Positions 48,401 to 57,660 of a stretch of 64,000 bases of DNA are shown piece by piece; position 1 is the stretch's first letter; every line of letters starts with the position of its first letter. The DNA comes from Candidatus Cloacimonadales bacterium (lineage in GTDB: Bacteria; Cloacimonadota; Cloacimonadia; Cloacimonadales; DAONDQ01). The stretch spans positions 512,001 through 576,000 of the forward strand of contig OY759316.1 of the NCBI GenBank assembly GCA_963662275.1, written 5' to 3'. Both the position numbers and the translations under genes were made by a program. The notes under the pieces were generated by a model that was not told where the DNA came from, did not search any database, and saw only the letters and a program-made list of their open reading frames with translations.

Positions 48401-49067
48401 TCAAATCTATCGTTGTTCCATTAATGTAATCGGATACAATCAGACAATGAATAACATTGTAAATATTATCTGGATGACCGAAAGTACCACTTGGAATCTG
48501 TTCCTTTATTTTGCTCTGTATCTCAGCAGGAACAGCTTGAATCATTCCTAAATCAAAATATCCAAGATTAAGTGAATTCACTGTAATCCCTTTTTTTGCA
48601 TTCTCTTTGGCAAGACTTTTAGATAAACCCCATAGACCTGCTTTGGATGCAGCATAGGCTGTCGTACCTGGGACTCCTGACTGAGCTACTACAGAAGCAA
48701 AATTAATAATACGTCCCCAGTTTTGTTCTCGCATAACCGGTAAAACGGTATGAATCATATAAAATGTACCAATGAGATTCACTTGAATTACATTACTCCA
48801 CAGAGCTAAATCAGATTTATGGGCAAATGCATTATAATTAATCCCAGCACAATTGATTAAAACAATTTTATTTAGCAGTGGTCTGACTTTTTCGAACCAC
48901 AGGTTTAATTCACTAGGTTGAGTAATATCGAGGCAAAAAACGTTAGAATTATCACGTAAATCCTCTGCTACAAATTTATCCAATCCAATCACATCAGAAT
49001 TTTCTTCACGAAACCTATTCCAAAGGAATCTACCTATCCCTGAAGATACACCGCTTATGATAATCAA
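48384..49067 (-). CDS. Short-chain dehydrogenase/reductase, FabG/PhaB-like ketoacyl reductase
   Basis: SGVSSGIG, NCAGI, GRIINFASV, YAASK and LNLGYFD.GM motifs. Confidence 0.85.
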   Translation of the reverse strand: MIIISGVSSGIGRFLWNRFREENSDVIGLDKFVAEDLRDNSNVFCLDITQPSELNLWFEKVRPLLNKIVLINCAGINYNAFAHKSDLALWSNVIQVNLIGTFYMIHTVLPVMREQNWGRIINFASVVAQSGVPGTTAYAASKAGLWGLSKSLAKENAKKGITVNSLNLGYFDLGMIQAVPAEIQSKIKEQIPSGTFGHPDNIYNVIHCLIVSDYINGTTIDLNAGLF

Positions 49068-49076
49068 TTTACTTTC

Positions 49077-50069
49077 CTATGCCCATTTGATGATTGAAGC
49101 GCCCCATGTCCATCCGGAACCAACAGCAGCGAAAAGGATAATATTACCTGGTTTAAGCTTTCCAGCTCTATTCACTTCATCGAGAAGGATAGGAATGGTA
49201 CCGCCGGAGGTATTTGCATAACGATCCATATTGGTCATGACTTTCTCAAAGGGCAGACCCAGTATTTCAGCAGTCTTTTTTAAGATAGCAATACTGGGTT
49301 GGTGGGGAATCAAGTAATCTACGTCGTCGATTGTCATGCCGGAGTCTTTCAATACCTGATTTATTGCTTCCGGTAGCACTTTGGTTCCTGTATCATAAAC
49401 TTCTTTGCCAACCATTTGAAAATAATGTAATCTATCGTTTATAGTTTGATGTGTAGCTGGCTTTTCCGAGCCACCGGCAGGTATTGTAAAATTGAATTTA
49501 CCTCTTCCATCAGAGTAAAGTTTGAATGCCAGAAAACCCTCATCATCAGCAGTATGTGTTAAAATAGCAGCACCTGCACCATCGCCAAAAAATACACAAT
49601 CCCTTCGATTCCAATCAATAATCTTGGAAAAAGTATCAGCTCCAATTACCAGGACATGGTCATAAACACTTGCTGCAATGAATTGAGAAGCTGTTGACAT
49701 AGCGTATAGAAATCCGGAACATACGGCTGCAATATCAAAACATACAGCATGATATGCTTTGATACGATCCTGGACAAAACATGCGGTTGAGGGGGCTAGT
49801 CTATCCGGAGTTGCTGTAGCAACGATAATCAGATCAATGTCATCAACGGTAAGGTTCGCATTTTCGATTGCTTTTAATGCTGCTCTGGCAGCAAGATCAC
49901 TGGTCGGTTGATCTGCTTCAGCTATATGACGTTCTTTTATGCCTAAATTATCTAAAACCCATTTCGCATTTGTTGGCGTAATTGTTTCCAAAAATTCGTT
50001 AGTCAGGCATTTCTCTGGAACATAAGAACCTGTACCAATTATCTTTACGTTTCTTACGATTTGTTTCAT
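49077..50069 (-). CDS. fabH: 3-oxoacyl-ACP synthase III (KAS III) paralog in glycan locus
   Basis: GTGSYVP, GIKERH, Cys-His-Asn triad (AVCSGF, PHQPS, YANTS), FGDGAGA and GSGWTWG motifs. Confidence 0.85.
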   Translation of the reverse strand: MKQIVRNVKIIGTGSYVPEKCLTNEFLETITPTNAKWVLDNLGIKERHIAEADQPTSDLAARAALKAIENANLTVDDIDLIIVATATPDRLAPSTACFVQDRIKAYHAVCFDIAAVCSGFLYAMSTASQFIAASVYDHVLVIGADTFSKIIDWNRRDCVFFGDGAGAAILTHTADDEGFLAFKLYSDGRGKFNFTIPAGGSEKPATHQTINDRLHYFQMVGKEVYDTGTKVLPEAINQVLKDSGMTIDDVDYLIPHQPSIAILKKTAEILGLPFEKVMTNMDRYANTSGGTIPILLDEVNRAGKLKPGNIILFAAVGSGWTWGASIIKWA

Positions 50070-50081
50070 CTGCCCTCTATT

Positions 50082-50738
50082 TTAGTTTTTATCTATTCCG
50101 TCTTTAATCACCCAACGGATTACTTCAAATACTTCTGCATAAGTTGTTCCTATCTGTGTTCCCCTGGTAATTGCAAGGCTTCTAATAAATTGCTCCGATG
50201 CGTAATTTCTGCCTTTTTGAGAATTATAACAATCCAATGCTGCGATCTTTTTCTGAAGATTGAATTCATTCACGACAATGAAGCACTGTGTATGAATACT
50301 CATATTGTTCCATGGAATTTCATAAGCTAAGATAGAATTTTTTTTAAAGGCACGAATTCCTTCGTTAGCGATAGTTGAATGATCCTGGTGCAAATCACCT
50401 TGACAAGGCATGAATACAAGATCAGGTTTTAAATCTCGATTCAAAATGAAAAGATCTTCCAGGATTTCTTGTCGATGATGAGCAAAATTTCTCACCGGAT
50501 AATTGAAAATAATTAGATTTTCCGGTTTAATTCCTAATTCCTGGGTGGCGTTTTTGACTTCTGTTTTGAGAATGTCCTTTGGAAAAGGAGCTGGAACAGA
50601 TTCTTCAGCAGTGGAAAATGCAGCGTAATAGACATCTGCACCGCTATTGATTAGTTTATTAATACTTGCGCCACAACCAAATTCGCCATCATCGGTATGA
50701 GGAGCTAAAATCAGGATTTTCTGAAAACCTTTTATCAT
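50082..50738 (-). CDS. PIG-L/LmbE family deacetylase
   Basis: APHTDDGEFGCG, DLHQDH and AEVFE motifs. Confidence 0.88.
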   Translation of the reverse strand: MIKGFQKILILAPHTDDGEFGCGASINKLINSGADVYYAAFSTAEESVPAPFPKDILKTEVKNATQELGIKPENLIIFNYPVRNFAHHRQEILEDLFILNRDLKPDLVFMPCQGDLHQDHSTIANEGIRAFKKNSILAYEIPWNNMSIHTQCFIVVNEFNLQKKIAALDCYNSQKGRNYASEQFIRSLAITRGTQIGTTYAEVFEVIRWVIKDGIDKN

Positions 50739-50750
50739 TTATTATTCCCA

Positions 50751-51845
50751 TTACTTAAAGCGTAGTTGATATTCAGGATCTTTATTTAAGATGTTCACAC
50801 TTTTTGGATAATTCTCGATATACCACTCTAGAAATGCTGTGACATCAATCTTATCAGCCAGCATTTTTGTTCTGCGTTTTATCCATTCTGCTTTGATATC
50901 AGGATAAGATAAGATTTCGTCAATTCGCTTAAAAACCAGTTCTGGTTCAGTAAGCTCTATGCCAAATGTTAAGTGATAAAGATGATCTAATTCTAAGACT
51001 AATGCAGAAAACCCAATTAAAGTACAATGCCTGATGGAAGGTGTTGCTAAAAGAGCAGCTTCTGTTACCATGCTTCCTGAATCACCGATTAAAAGGGAGC
51101 AATAGTACAATGCATGATGAATTTCATCTACTGGAACTGGTAATCGATAACTTTCCAGATGGATAGGTAATTTTCTTTCCGAATTGATATATACTTTCCC
51201 ATGAGGTTCCAGATAACGAATGATCTTTTCAGCCATTTGATTAGAAATACCTGCTTCACCAGCATCATGGTATGCTGTGAAACTAACTAGACGGATAATA
51301 AAGTACTTTTCCTCACCTTGATAAAGGTGTTTGACTTTTTCCGGATCTGGGATAAATCTGTTTGGATGTAAGTATGCAAGTTTTTGATAACCGTTATAGA
51401 AATTAGTCTTATAGACAAATTTGCCAACTTGGCAACCCTTGGGAACCAAGAGACGGGAGGCAAAAGGATAACCAATTTTACTGAGAATTTTAATATGATT
51501 GATATCATCTTCAACCGTAACAACGGATGGAATACCTAGAACCTTTCCAACATGCGTAATTTCTACTGATGAACCGATCATAAGATTCGGTCGATGTTTT
51601 AGACAAAAGAAAAATAATTTGACATCTCTTTTCAAGAGACTCCAAGCTATCGCAAAACGGGTATCTTTTCTTTCGACAAGTTGGAGATTAATATACTTCA
51701 TATGAGAACGGTTTAGCAATTCTTCAAGAATATCCTTTGTCTTGATGATCACATAAACTGTATGTTTTCTTTCTTCAAGTTCTCGAATGACATACTTATA
51801 AAAATGAAAATGTGCAGGATGACCCAAGTATATCAAAACCTTCAT
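50751..51845 (-). CDS. DUF354 family GT-B fold protein
   Basis: HPAHFH, LAYLHP..F.PD, IIR......YHD and GDSGSM..EAALL motifs. Confidence 0.8.
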   Translation of the reverse strand: MKVLIYLGHPAHFHFYKYVIRELEERKHTVYVIIKTKDILEELLNRSHMKYINLQLVERKDTRFAIAWSLLKRDVKLFFFCLKHRPNLMIGSSVEITHVGKVLGIPSVVTVEDDINHIKILSKIGYPFASRLLVPKGCQVGKFVYKTNFYNGYQKLAYLHPNRFIPDPEKVKHLYQGEEKYFIIRLVSFTAYHDAGEAGISNQMAEKIIRYLEPHGKVYINSERKLPIHLESYRLPVPVDEIHHALYYCSLLIGDSGSMVTEAALLATPSIRHCTLIGFSALVLELDHLYHLTFGIELTEPELVFKRIDEILSYPDIKAEWIKRRTKMLADKIDVTAFLEWYIENYPKSVNILNKDPEYQLRFK

Positions 51846-51950
51846 TCAACCTCCAGAAGAATTCGTTCAAATTTATTCACTTTATATAAACTATCAGCTA
51901 TAGATAAGTAATTAAAACAATATCTACTGTCAATAGGTAAATGGTTATCT

Positions 51951-53051
51951 TTACTTTTTTGTCTTTTGAGATATTACTTGCTTATAGATACTTATGAATT
52001 CCTGATTCATTTGCTCAAGACTAAATTCACTTTCCACCTTCTTCTTACCCTTCATACCCATTTCCTTAATTTGATTTGGATTATCTAACAGGAATTCAAT
52101 TTTATCGGCAATGAATTGAGGTGATTTTTGAGGAGCTAGAAAACCTGTCTCTTGATCAGAGATGATTTCATTAGTTCCTCCTCCATTCGTAGCAATAACA
52201 GGTTTCCCTAAAGCCATAAATTCAAGTATAGCATTAGAAATTCCTTCTGTATAGGTCGATAAAACACCAATATCGCATATATTCATGATTTCTTCAACTT
52301 GGGTTTGTTTACCCAGGAATTTGATAAATGGATGATTCACATCTTGAATTGAAGCATGTAAATGCGGTAATTCAGGTCCATCTCCCACAGCCAGAAAGGT
52401 AACATCCTGCCTTTTCTTTAATATCATCTCAGCAGCAAGAAAATAGCTTTTATAGTCTTTACTTGCTCCCATTGATGCAACCATTCCTACAACAAAAGGT
52501 GTTTGTATTTCAAACTTTTTTCTAATGCTATCTATACCTTTAAGATTAGATGTCCTGGTGAAATCAAAGCCATTATGAATACAAAGGCTTTTATGAACCG
52601 GTGGATGATAATCCCTTAATCCTGCTTTGGAATTAGCAACAATCAGATCAACAAAAGGAAAAGTGATATTATTCCCAAACCAGTTTTTACTAAATGGTTT
52701 GATATATCCGGGAGAATTAACAATCTGGTTGGTTATCAATTTGATGCCAAGCAGCTTTACGGTTGGAAGAGCATAATAAGTACACATCGGACTCCAACTG
52801 TGAACAATATCAGGTTTTACGGATCTGCACAGCTTATAAAAACGCCAAAGAGGACTAGGGTCTTTCTTAATTTTATATGTCATAAAGTGAATCGGAATTC
52901 CTAACTGATAAATTAAGGGGTATTCAATATCTCGGCTCATCACTACAATTTCACAAGCTATACCTTGTTGAGCAAGAGTTTTTAACAATTCCACAATCCT
53001 ACGTTCTTTACCACCAGCACGCAGAATATCAGTAAAGAAAAGTATTCGCAT
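51951..53051 (-). CDS. Glycosyltransferase family 4
   Basis: GGKERR, IHNGFD, VGDGP and EGISNAILEFMALGKPVIAT (EX7E) motifs. Confidence 0.9.
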   Translation of the reverse strand: MRILFFTDILRAGGKERRIVELLKTLAQQGIACEIVVMSRDIEYPLIYQLGIPIHFMTYKIKKDPSPLWRFYKLCRSVKPDIVHSWSPMCTYYALPTVKLLGIKLITNQIVNSPGYIKPFSKNWFGNNITFPFVDLIVANSKAGLRDYHPPVHKSLCIHNGFDFTRTSNLKGIDSIRKKFEIQTPFVVGMVASMGASKDYKSYFLAAEMILKKRQDVTFLAVGDGPELPHLHASIQDVNHPFIKFLGKQTQVEEIMNICDIGVLSTYTEGISNAILEFMALGKPVIATNGGGTNEIISDQETGFLAPQKSPQFIADKIEFLLDNPNQIKEMGMKGKKKVESEFSLEQMNQEFISIYKQVISQKTKK

Positions 53052-53081
53052 AATACTTAATCTACCTTTGAATTGTCTTTG

Positions 53082-54161
53082 TTAAGGTTTAGCTTGAATA
53101 TGTGCATAATGTCCTGTAGGTTTTAGTTCAGGGTTTTTTAAATTCGGCATACCTAGAGCATGAGCAAGTTCCATATACTGAGTACAATAATTTCCATCAT
53201 GCCATTTTAAGTCCCTGTCCCAATAACCTTGAGACCATTCAGGATAGTCACCATAACAATAACTTATCTCCACTAGACAAGGTTCTTTTTGCTCATCATA
53301 GATAAAATCAAAAGCCATTACCTGGTAATTATTTCGAATCGATATTTCTAAGGCTATCTTTAAAAAACGCTGATCTATTTGTTCCCTGTCGCTACTCCAG
53401 TTATCACTTCCTGAGGCACGGAAATCATTTTTTCTGACAAATCGGCGAAAAGCATAAACCTTATCACCTACAGTCGTGACACGTGTATCCCATTGATTAT
53501 TGGGATAGAATTTCTGAAAATAAACGTAATTCTTGTGGATACGCCAAAATTGCTTGGTAGCTTGACCTGTTAAACTGCGCAGTAAAGTACTGCCAAAACG
53601 ACGGATTTCCTTTTTTAGCTTAAAATGGCTAAAACGTGTTGTACCTGGAAGTGGTATTCTTCCAGTTAAAACACCTTTTCCAAATAGTCTATGCGTAATA
53701 AATTCTGCCTGCTCTTTATTTTTGAGAAGTACAACTGAGCTTGACCCAGCTCCACCCTTTAATTTGAATACGAGTGGAAATTGAGCTTTCTGCAGCCAAT
53801 TGATGGCTTCTTTCTCATCCCAAAACACCCAGGATTCAGCGACAGGATAACCTTGGGATTTGAGTAACAGAAACTGCCTGATCTTATCGTCATAATGCCA
53901 GCAAGTGGATTGATTCGGGAGACATGTGATGCCATAATTATTCTCAATAATTGGTAATATCGTTTCTGCGCATTCCTTAAAGTCATCTGTATGTCCATAA
54001 TGATAAATAAACAAATCCAATTTAGGGACAATATCCCAAAAATCTGCTTGACTAGCATCTAATCGAATATGTTTAATATCATTAAAATCTAGTACCTTTT
54101 CGAATTTTTCCAAATACTCAGAGAATTTACCATATGGATCTTTATGAATTCCAACTAACAT
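53082..54161 (-). CDS. ATP-grasp (RimK-like) ligase
   Basis: YDDKI.Q, PLVFKL.GGAGSSSV, YFQKF.P....DTRV, DFRASGS and MAFDF.....LVEIS motifs. Confidence 0.8.
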   Translation of the reverse strand: MLVGIHKDPYGKFSEYLEKFEKVLDFNDIKHIRLDASQADFWDIVPKLDLFIYHYGHTDDFKECAETILPIIENNYGITCLPNQSTCWHYDDKIRQFLLLKSQGYPVAESWVFWDEKEAINWLQKAQFPLVFKLKGGAGSSSVVLLKNKEQAEFITHRLFGKGVLTGRIPLPGTTRFSHFKLKKEIRRFGSTLLRSLTGQATKQFWRIHKNYVYFQKFYPNNQWDTRVTTVGDKVYAFRRFVRKNDFRASGSDNWSSDREQIDQRFLKIALEISIRNNYQVMAFDFIYDEQKEPCLVEISYCYGDYPEWSQGYWDRDLKWHDGNYCTQYMELAHALGMPNLKNPELKPTGHYAHIQAKP

Positions 54162-54322
54162 TCTGCCTCAATAATTCAGTATTTTTGCCTGATTTCATGA
54201 AAAAGTCATTTATATCATAAAATTTGGAATTAATTGAATCAGTCAAGTAATTTTGGAATTTTGGATTTCTATAATGACCCGCATCTAATATTTGTATTAA
54301 CTTTTATAACTCTCTCACATAT

Positions 54323-54402
54323 GAGCACTACGGTACCAATACGGTAGCATTACGGTAGCATTACGGTAAAAAACCGTAATGCTACCGTAATGGTATAGCA
54401 AT
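54323..54402. repeat. 80-bp element built from inverted 11-bp units (TACGGTAGCAT), copy 2
   Basis: Four forward ACGGT-core units and two inverted units; matches revcomp of 18737-18816. Confidence 0.9.
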
Positions 54403-54555
54403 CCAACCATATTTCTTTCATGGTGACAGAGTGAAGAAGCAATGGAAATGAGCTGAGACTTTTGGTGTGACTTTTGGAGTTCAGTTTCCCAAGCTAATTA
54501 TCATGGTATACCTGGCTAAAAGGGCAAATGGACTTTACAAGAAAGCTAGGAGCAG

Positions 54556-54760
54556 GTTCATTGAGTGATTTCGACGAAGAAGAAATTGTATCGAAATGAC
54601 CCAATGTGACACTATAAGGTTGTGCAATGTCGTCTCCTCGATACAAATAGATAAATCTGTTCACTCGGAGAACTCAGCTTTCATCCTCGGTAGCGAAAAT
54701 CCTTTTCAGGGAAGTTCAGATGCGTCCTTTCATTACCGGTAGCGAAAACCTGTTTTCAAT
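54556..54760. repeat. REP-like cluster (inverted TCGATACAA...TCACTC pair; two CGGTAGCGAAAA..TTTTC hairpins)
   Basis: Seen directly in the 630-bp gap that interrupts the glycan locus. Confidence 0.5.
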
Positions 54761-54788
54761 TAAGTCCAAATCGTAGAGAAGCTAGTTA

Positions 54789-56021
54789 CTATTTTCTTTT
54801 TGCAGATTTCAACTCTATTAAGAATTGTGATAGTTTACCGAAAGTCTGTTCCAGGGAAAAATTTGCTATGGCATGTTCTCTACAGGCTTGAGACATCTTA
54901 TCTCGTAAAGATGGGTCAGATACAATTAGCAAAGCTTTGTCTGCAATCTCTTGATCTGACTCACCAAGATAACCTTGTTTACCATCTACAAAATCAACAC
55001 TCTGCAAGGCGTTTTCAGTTCCGACAATAGGAACACCCAATGACATAACTTCAACGATTCTTCCCCGAAACCCGGAACCAGTTTCCAAAGGAAGTAACAG
55101 AACCTGCCCTAGCGTAATATAAGGCATGATATCATCAACGTGTCCTGTTACAATAATATTATTCAGATTATATTTACTGAGGATATCTTGAGGAGGATTA
55201 TTACCGACAACATAGAGTTTTAAATCGGGAATGCTCTTTCTCATTCTTGGTAAAATACCTGATAAAATCCTTTCGAGAGCTAATCGATTAAATTCATTGG
55301 CTAAGGCACCATAAAATAAAATACAATTTGGAGAAGCCTGTACATCTTGATAATGAAGAAAGCGGGATAAATCCTGACCGTTGATCGTTACATTGACTTG
55401 GACGTTTCGATCCCACTCATGAATCATCACTTCCTGTTTAGCTGAATTAACAACGATCAGATCGGATTGCAGAAAATATTGTCTTTGTAGTTTCAGACTA
55501 TGATTGAGTTCAGCTTTGAAACCAATTCTTTTTAGTAATGGAATGATACATTTATCCTGATGTTCAATGACTTCTTCCACAACATAGTGAGTATCAATGA
55601 TTTTAAGGGTCTTTTGTGGCAGTTGTTTAAAGATTATCCCAACAAACCAGTAATGAATCAAAACAGCATCGACTTTGTTCTCTGATGCTAAATTCAATAT
55701 TTGAGTTTGAATGGACTTTGAGCTGATGGCAATCTCTTCCATACTCAGTACTGAAAAAGTGTAAATGAATTTTCTATAGAGTAAATACAAGGCACGGAAT
55801 AATTTCGACTTACCATAGTTCAAGCTTTTGATGGGTTGATAAGTAATCCCAGTTCCTGCCAAATTCTCCTGGCTAAGTTTCATTTGCTCCGGTTTTGAAA
55901 CAAAATCAGTAAAGATAATCTCATGCTCTCTTGCAAAAGCATTGATCTGGTTGACTACCCGCACTTGGCTCATACCCTGTATGGGATAGAGCTGACCGGG
56001 AAAAACGACCAATATCTTCAT
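54789..56021 (-). CDS. Glycosyltransferase family 4
   Basis: IDTH, LYVVGN.P, VTGHVDD and PLETGSGFRGRIVEVMSLGVPIV motifs. Confidence 0.85.
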   Translation of the reverse strand: MKILVVFPGQLYPIQGMSQVRVVNQINAFAREHEIIFTDFVSKPEQMKLSQENLAGTGITYQPIKSLNYGKSKLFRALYLLYRKFIYTFSVLSMEEIAISSKSIQTQILNLASENKVDAVLIHYWFVGIIFKQLPQKTLKIIDTHYVVEEVIEHQDKCIIPLLKRIGFKAELNHSLKLQRQYFLQSDLIVVNSAKQEVMIHEWDRNVQVNVTINGQDLSRFLHYQDVQASPNCILFYGALANEFNRLALERILSGILPRMRKSIPDLKLYVVGNNPPQDILSKYNLNNIIVTGHVDDIMPYITLGQVLLLPLETGSGFRGRIVEVMSLGVPIVGTENALQSVDFVDGKQGYLGESDQEIADKALLIVSDPSLRDKMSQACREHAIANFSLEQTFGKLSQFLIELKSAKRK

Positions 56022-57332
56022 TTACCAGCAAATACCAATATAATTATCTGCTGAAGTTTTTTTAATAGTTCGAGTTAAGTCGATAAATGTTTTATCCGGG
56101 AATAGGGTCAGATACTTCCCAAAATCTGTGGATTTACGATTGAAAACAACAGTATCAGCCCAACTTACCACTTCTTTTATGGTTTGACATAGCATTTCTT
56201 GTAAGTCTGGAAGATTTTGCTCTATGAATTCTTTATTGGCTCCCGTTGACAATGCTTCATGAACATAATCATCATAAAATCTGATTTCATATCCTTTTTT
56301 AATCAATGTATGCAGAACACTGATCATGGGACTATAACGCAAATCATCAGTTCCTTGCTTAAAGGCGACGCCTAATATTCCAATCTTTTTATGACCGGTT
56401 TGTTCTATCATTTCTGTTACCAGGGTAATTTGATATTGATTGCTATTTTCTATAGAATCCAGAACTGGTGATTGAAGATTTTTGTCATGCGCCATTGTTT
56501 TTAAAGCTTTCAGGTCTTTGGGAAGACAAGAGCCACCATATGCAAATCCGGGTTTAAAATAGTATGATGATATATTCAGTTGCTTATCTTGACAGAATAA
56601 ATCCATCACTACATGAGAATCAATATTCTGTTGTTTACAGATATTCCCTACTTCATTAGCGAAAGTTACTTTCAGGGCATGATAGCTATTATTCACATAT
56701 TTGATAATTTCAGCAGGCAGTATCTCAGTTCTGATAAATTTACCATTTACTTTCTTATACAGTTCTTTCATAATTTCAGCAGCTTTGTCACTATCTGTCC
56801 CTATGAGTGTAAAAGGCGGATGGAAATAATCATATACAGCTTTACCTTCCCGAAGAAATTCAGGATTTGAAACAACATCAAAATCAGTTCCTCTTTGTTT
56901 TCCGGATATTTCTGTTATGATCTTCCCCACAGTTTCATTTGTTTTCGGTAATACCGTACTACGAATAGCTATGACGTGATATTGATTTTTATCCTTCAAG
57001 ACCTCACCAATCTGTTTTGCTGTTTGATATATATAATCTAGATTCAAGCTGCCATGTTCTGTGGATGGTGTTCCGACACAAATAATTGAAACATCGCTGT
57101 TCAAAACAGCATCATAATACTCCGTGGAAGCAGAAATCATCTGTTTATCAAATTGCTCTTTTACGATCCGGTCAATATCTTTTTCCACAATCGTTGCTTT
57201 TCCACTATTGATCAAATCGACTCTTGACTTTTGAACATCAATTCCTATTATTCTAAAACCATTCTGGGCTAAACAGCCGAGACTAACACAACCAACATAT
57301 CCTAAACCAAAAATAGAAATAGTCTTAGTCAT
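56022..57332 (-). CDS. Nucleotide-sugar 6-dehydrogenase (GDP-mannose/UDP-glucose dehydrogenase family, AlgD-like)
   Basis: GLGYVG, CVGTPS, RSTVLP, NPEFLREG, KYVNNSYHALK, GFAYGGSCLPKD and FKQGTDDLR motifs. Confidence 0.9.
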   Translation of the reverse strand: MTKTISIFGLGYVGCVSLGCLAQNGFRIIGIDVQKSRVDLINSGKATIVEKDIDRIVKEQFDKQMISASTEYYDAVLNSDVSIICVGTPSTEHGSLNLDYIYQTAKQIGEVLKDKNQYHVIAIRSTVLPKTNETVGKIITEISGKQRGTDFDVVSNPEFLREGKAVYDYFHPPFTLIGTDSDKAAEIMKELYKKVNGKFIRTEILPAEIIKYVNNSYHALKVTFANEVGNICKQQNIDSHVVMDLFCQDKQLNISSYYFKPGFAYGGSCLPKDLKALKTMAHDKNLQSPVLDSIENSNQYQITLVTEMIEQTGHKKIGILGVAFKQGTDDLRYSPMISVLHTLIKKGYEIRFYDDYVHEALSTGANKEFIEQNLPDLQEMLCQTIKEVVSWADTVVFNRKSTDFGKYLTLFPDKTFIDLTRTIKKTSADNYIGICW

Positions 57333-57660
57333 ACATACTCCATTTATTCATTATTTACTTTTGTATATTTTTCCAAATTTTCTATTTATTCTCAAAAAAG
57401 GTGACTCTTCTTTCTAGAATGACTCTACTCAATGTAAAGGGAATATCTGGAAAGCTAGCATTCAATACCTATGTTAAGAAAGAATTAACCCCATCCGAAT
57501 CATCTATTTATCTTTGAGAAATTTAAAATGCAGTTGATTTTATTTAATACTCAACTGTAAAGGAAAAAAAAAGTGAAGAAAAAAACCGTCAAGATAATTC
57601 ATCTGACTACCTCGATAGATTCCTTACGCTGTTGTTTGTTCCGCTTACATCATGGCAATT

